The translations under genes were made by a program, and so were the position numbers. The notes beneath the pieces are model-generated. The model did not search any database and was not told the origin of the DNA. It saw nothing but the letters and a program-made list of their open reading frames with translations. DNA of 38,494 nt. Source: Sulfurimonadaceae bacterium (GTDB taxonomy: Bacteria > Campylobacterota > Campylobacteria > Campylobacterales > Sulfurimonadaceae). The stretch's first letter is position 1; every line of letters begins with the position of its first letter. Where the stretch lies: assembly GCA_041548245.1 (NCBI GenBank), contig JBFESZ010000011.1, forward strand, positions 1 to 38,494, written 5' to 3'. This document shows, one piece after another, positions 35,976 through 38,494 of this stretch.

Positions 35976-36908
35976 TTGGATAAATTAATCATTGCAACAC
36001 GGGGAAGTAAACTGGCCTTATGGCAGTCTGAGCATATCAAAGCGCGTTTAAAAGCTTTGCGTCCCGGTTTAGAGGTTGAACTTAAGATTATTGTCACTTC
36101 CGGCGATAAGATACAAGACGTCGCCTTGGCCAAGATAGGGGGTAAGGGACTTTTCCTTAAAGAGCTTGAAGAGGCGATGCTAAGAGGCGAAGCACATATG
36201 GCTGTACACTCGTTAAAAGATGTTCCGACTGTCATGCCAGAAGGGCTTCCTCTCGCTGCTATTACTGAACGTGAAGATGTACGAGATGCAATGTTAAGTG
36301 AAAAATACCAAAACCTTGAGGCATTACCACAGGGAGCAGTGGTGGGAACCTCTTCTTTACGTCGTAAGATGCAGCTGCGTATGCTACGACCTGATCTTGA
36401 AATAAAAGATCTTCGTGGTAATGTAGACACGCGTATAAGAAAGCTTAAAGAGGGGCAGTTTGATGCCATAATATTAGCAGCAGCGGGGATTAACCGTTTA
36501 GGTCTTTTAGATTCGGTAAGACATATCTATCCAATTGAGACTACACAGATGGTCCCGTCAATGGGACAGGGAGCCCTTGGACTTCAGACTATTGAGAATA
36601 AAGAGATTTTTGATCTTGTCCATGAGTTAAACCATAAAAAAACAGAGATGGAAGTCACTGTTGAACGTGCATTTGTGGATATCTTAGAAGGCGGTTGTCA
36701 TGTACCTATCGGTGTCAATGCAAAGGTTATGGGTGACGGTAAGATTATGACCCAGTGTACATTGGGTCTTCCTAATGCAGCTGAGTTTATTCAAGAAGAG
36801 CTGGTAGGCAGTGAAGCCGATTATACACAAATTGGAAAAGAACTTGCCCAAATAGTCATTGATAAAGGCGCTAAAGAACTTCTTCAACGCGCTGACATGA
36901 TGGACTAA
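35976..36908 (+). CDS. hemC: Hydroxymethylbilane synthase (porphobilinogen deaminase)
   Basis: ATRGSKLALWQ, GGKGLFLKELE, AVHSLKDVP, GTSSLRR, LRGNVDTR, GGCHVPIG; TTG start with AGGA SD. Confidence 0.97.
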   Translation: MDKLIIATRGSKLALWQSEHIKARLKALRPGLEVELKIIVTSGDKIQDVALAKIGGKGLFLKELEEAMLRGEAHMAVHSLKDVPTVMPEGLPLAAITEREDVRDAMLSEKYQNLEALPQGAVVGTSSLRRKMQLRMLRPDLEIKDLRGNVDTRIRKLKEGQFDAIILAAAGINRLGLLDSVRHIYPIETTQMVPSMGQGALGLQTIENKEIFDLVHELNHKKTEMEVTVERAFVDILEGGCHVPIGVNAKVMGDGKIMTQCTLGLPNAAEFIQEELVGSEADYTQIGKELAQIVIDKGAKELLQRADMMD

Positions 36909-36961
36909 ATAAATATTAAATTTAATCGAGCTTCTATGAGGAGCTATGAAAGAAGCCTAGG

Positions 36962-38494
36962 ATGCAAAAAACTATTGATCTACTGCGCTCTCGAGGTGAA
37001 CTTCGAGAGATCCATGATGAACTTGATATCTACCTTGAAATACCGCATATTGCTTATGTTGAAGTCAAAAAAGCGGATTCTAAAGCACTTCTTTTTACAC
37101 ATCCTGTTAATACAAAAGAGGGGATAAAGTATGATGTCCCGGTACTGATGAATCTTTTTGGCTCATACGAGCGTACAGAACTGCTGTTCGGCCGTTCTGT
37201 CGAAGGTGTTGCGGAAGAGATAGAGTCGCTTTTACACATGAAACCCCCTGCAACATTCAGAGATAAGTTTTCTATGCTGGGTGAACTTTTTAGTCTTAAG
37301 AATATTTTTCCTAAGCGTTTAAAAGGTGAAGGTGCCTGTCAGGAGATCAAGTACCTAGGAGATAGTGCAGACCTTAGCAAGCTTCCTATTCTTACGACCT
37401 GGGAAGAGGATGGCGGACCCTTTATCACTATGGGCCAGGTCTATACGCAAAGTTTAGACGGAGAGCTTGTCAATTTAGGGATGTACAGATTACAGATGTA
37501 TGACAATAAACATCTGGGTATGCATTGGCAGATACATAAAGACTCGTCGCATTTCTTCGATCAGTATCAGCGTGAAGGCAAAAAGATGCCCGTTTCCATT
37601 GCTATAGGTGGGGACCCTTTATATACATGGTGTGCTACGGCTCCTCTTCCGTATGGAGTGAATGAGCTTTTGCTTTACGGACTTATTACGAAAAAGCCGG
37701 CGCGTTTGGTGAAATCACTAACGACACCGCTTTACATCCCTGAAGATGTTGATTATGTAATAGAGGGGTGGGTTGATCCAGCACAAGTAAAGATAGAAGG
37801 ACCTTTCGGCGATCATACCGGTTATTACACATTACAAGAGCCTTATCCTGTATTGGAAGTATCGGCTATTACACACAAAAAGGCCCCTGTTTATCTTGCG
37901 ACGGTTGTGGGCAAGCCTCCTTTGGAAGACAAGTTTATGGGATGGGCGACTGAACGTATATTCCTGCCGCTTCTTAAGACGAATGCTTCTGATCTTATTG
38001 ATTATCATATGCCTGAAAATGGAGTCTTTCATAATTTGATTCTAGCCAAGATGAAGACACTGTATAAAGGGCATGCGAAACAGTTTATGCATGCTTTCTG
38101 GGGAGCAGGACAGATGAGCTTCGTCAAACATGCTATCTTTGTTGCAGATGATGCTCCTCGTTTGAATAATTATGAACCTATAATTACGCATATTTTGAAT
38201 CGTTTTCATCCGAGTCGTGTATTGATCTCTGAAGGAATAACGGATGCCCTGGATCATTCGAGTCCCGAAGCCTTGGTAGGCGGAAAGCTTGGTATCGACT
38301 GTACCGGTCAAGCGATAATGGAAGCTCCCGAATTACTAACAGATGAAGAACTACTGAAAAAGCTCAAAATGTGTGATGGCTCAATTTTGAATGTACGCCA
38401 ATATATGCGTAGAACACGTAATCCGATCAGTGTTGTGAGTGTCAATAAGAGCATCTCGATGAAACAGGTCTTTGAAAAGATTAAGGGGTTGGAA
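36962..38494 (+). CDS. UbiD-family decarboxylase (menaquinone biosynthesis decarboxylase type); 3' partial
   Basis: Translated by hand: MQKTIDLLRSRGELREI...PVLMNLFGS...NLGMYRLQ...MHWQIHKD...EGPFGDHTGYY...DALDHSS...GGKLGIDCT. Open to the window end, which is why the ORF track omits it. Confidence 0.93.
   Translation, partial: MQKTIDLLRSRGELREIHDELDIYLEIPHIAYVEVKKADSKALLFTHPVNTKEGIKYDVPVLMNLFGSYERTELLFGRSVEGVAEEIESLLHMKPPATFRDKFSMLGELFSLKNIFPKRLKGEGACQEIKYLGDSADLSKLPILTTWEEDGGPFITMGQVYTQSLDGELVNLGMYRLQMYDNKHLGMHWQIHKDSSHFFDQYQREGKKMPVSIAIGGDPLYTWCATAPLPYGVNELLLYGLITKKPARLVKSLTTPLYIPEDVDYVIEGWVDPAQVKIEGPFGDHTGYYTLQEPYPVLEVSAITHKKAPVYLATVVGKPPLEDKFMGWATERIFLPLLKTNASDLIDYHMPENGVFHNLILAKMKTLYKGHAKQFMHAFWGAGQMSFVKHAIFVADDAPRLNNYEPIITHILNRFHPSRVLISEGITDALDHSSPEALVGGKLGIDCTGQAIMEAPELLTDEELLKKLKMCDGSILNVRQYMRRTRNPISVVSVNKSISMKQVFEKIKGLE

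Noticed and set aside
35756..36469. 237-aa antisense ORF over hemC
   Set aside because: Shadow frame of a conserved gene; no motifs or SD.
36936..37127. 63-aa ORF suggesting a frameshifted ubiD start
   Set aside because: The UbiD frame is intact from ATG 36962 to the window end; this is an alternative-frame artefact.
1..38494. tRNA, rRNA, CRISPR array, IS element, prophage or defence system
   Set aside because: No cloverleaf, spaced repeats, transposase, integrase or phage motifs seen by eye, and all intergenic gaps are under 300 nt. A covariance-model search was not possible.

Overview
Gene-dense chromosomal window from a Campylobacterota bacterium, probably Sulfurimonas/Sulfuricurvum-like. 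This is inferred from the ppiD-like-ftsA-ftsZ block, stand-alone atpB, the ispB-hemA-proS-fxsA-hemC-ubiD order, and TAnAAT-type promoters without -35 boxes. Most of it is housekeeping: cell division, bioA, rsmH, trpD-tsaE-lptB-rpoN, atpB, gatB, a K+ channel, gpsA, heme and menaquinone synthesis. An accessory redox/sulfur block lies at about 12.2-17.0 kb (DUF2237, Old Yellow Enzyme, pirin, alginate-export-type porin, secreted CxxC thioredoxin, secreted rhodanese). I found no tRNA, rRNA, CRISPR or mobile element. The best leads are: (1) a porin + thioredoxin + rhodanese module that could handle extracellular sulfur; (2) a perfect sigma54 -24/-12 site in front of the gene run ending in rpoN itself; (3) a ProRS lacking its editing domain; (4) an unannotated 31-aa membrane peptide ORF abutting bioA; (5) two substitutions at normally conserved FtsZ glycines; (6) an 11-bp tandem repeat at the pirin promoter. 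The ORF track also misses the UbiD-family gene at the right edge. All family assignments come from motif recognition, not database searches.
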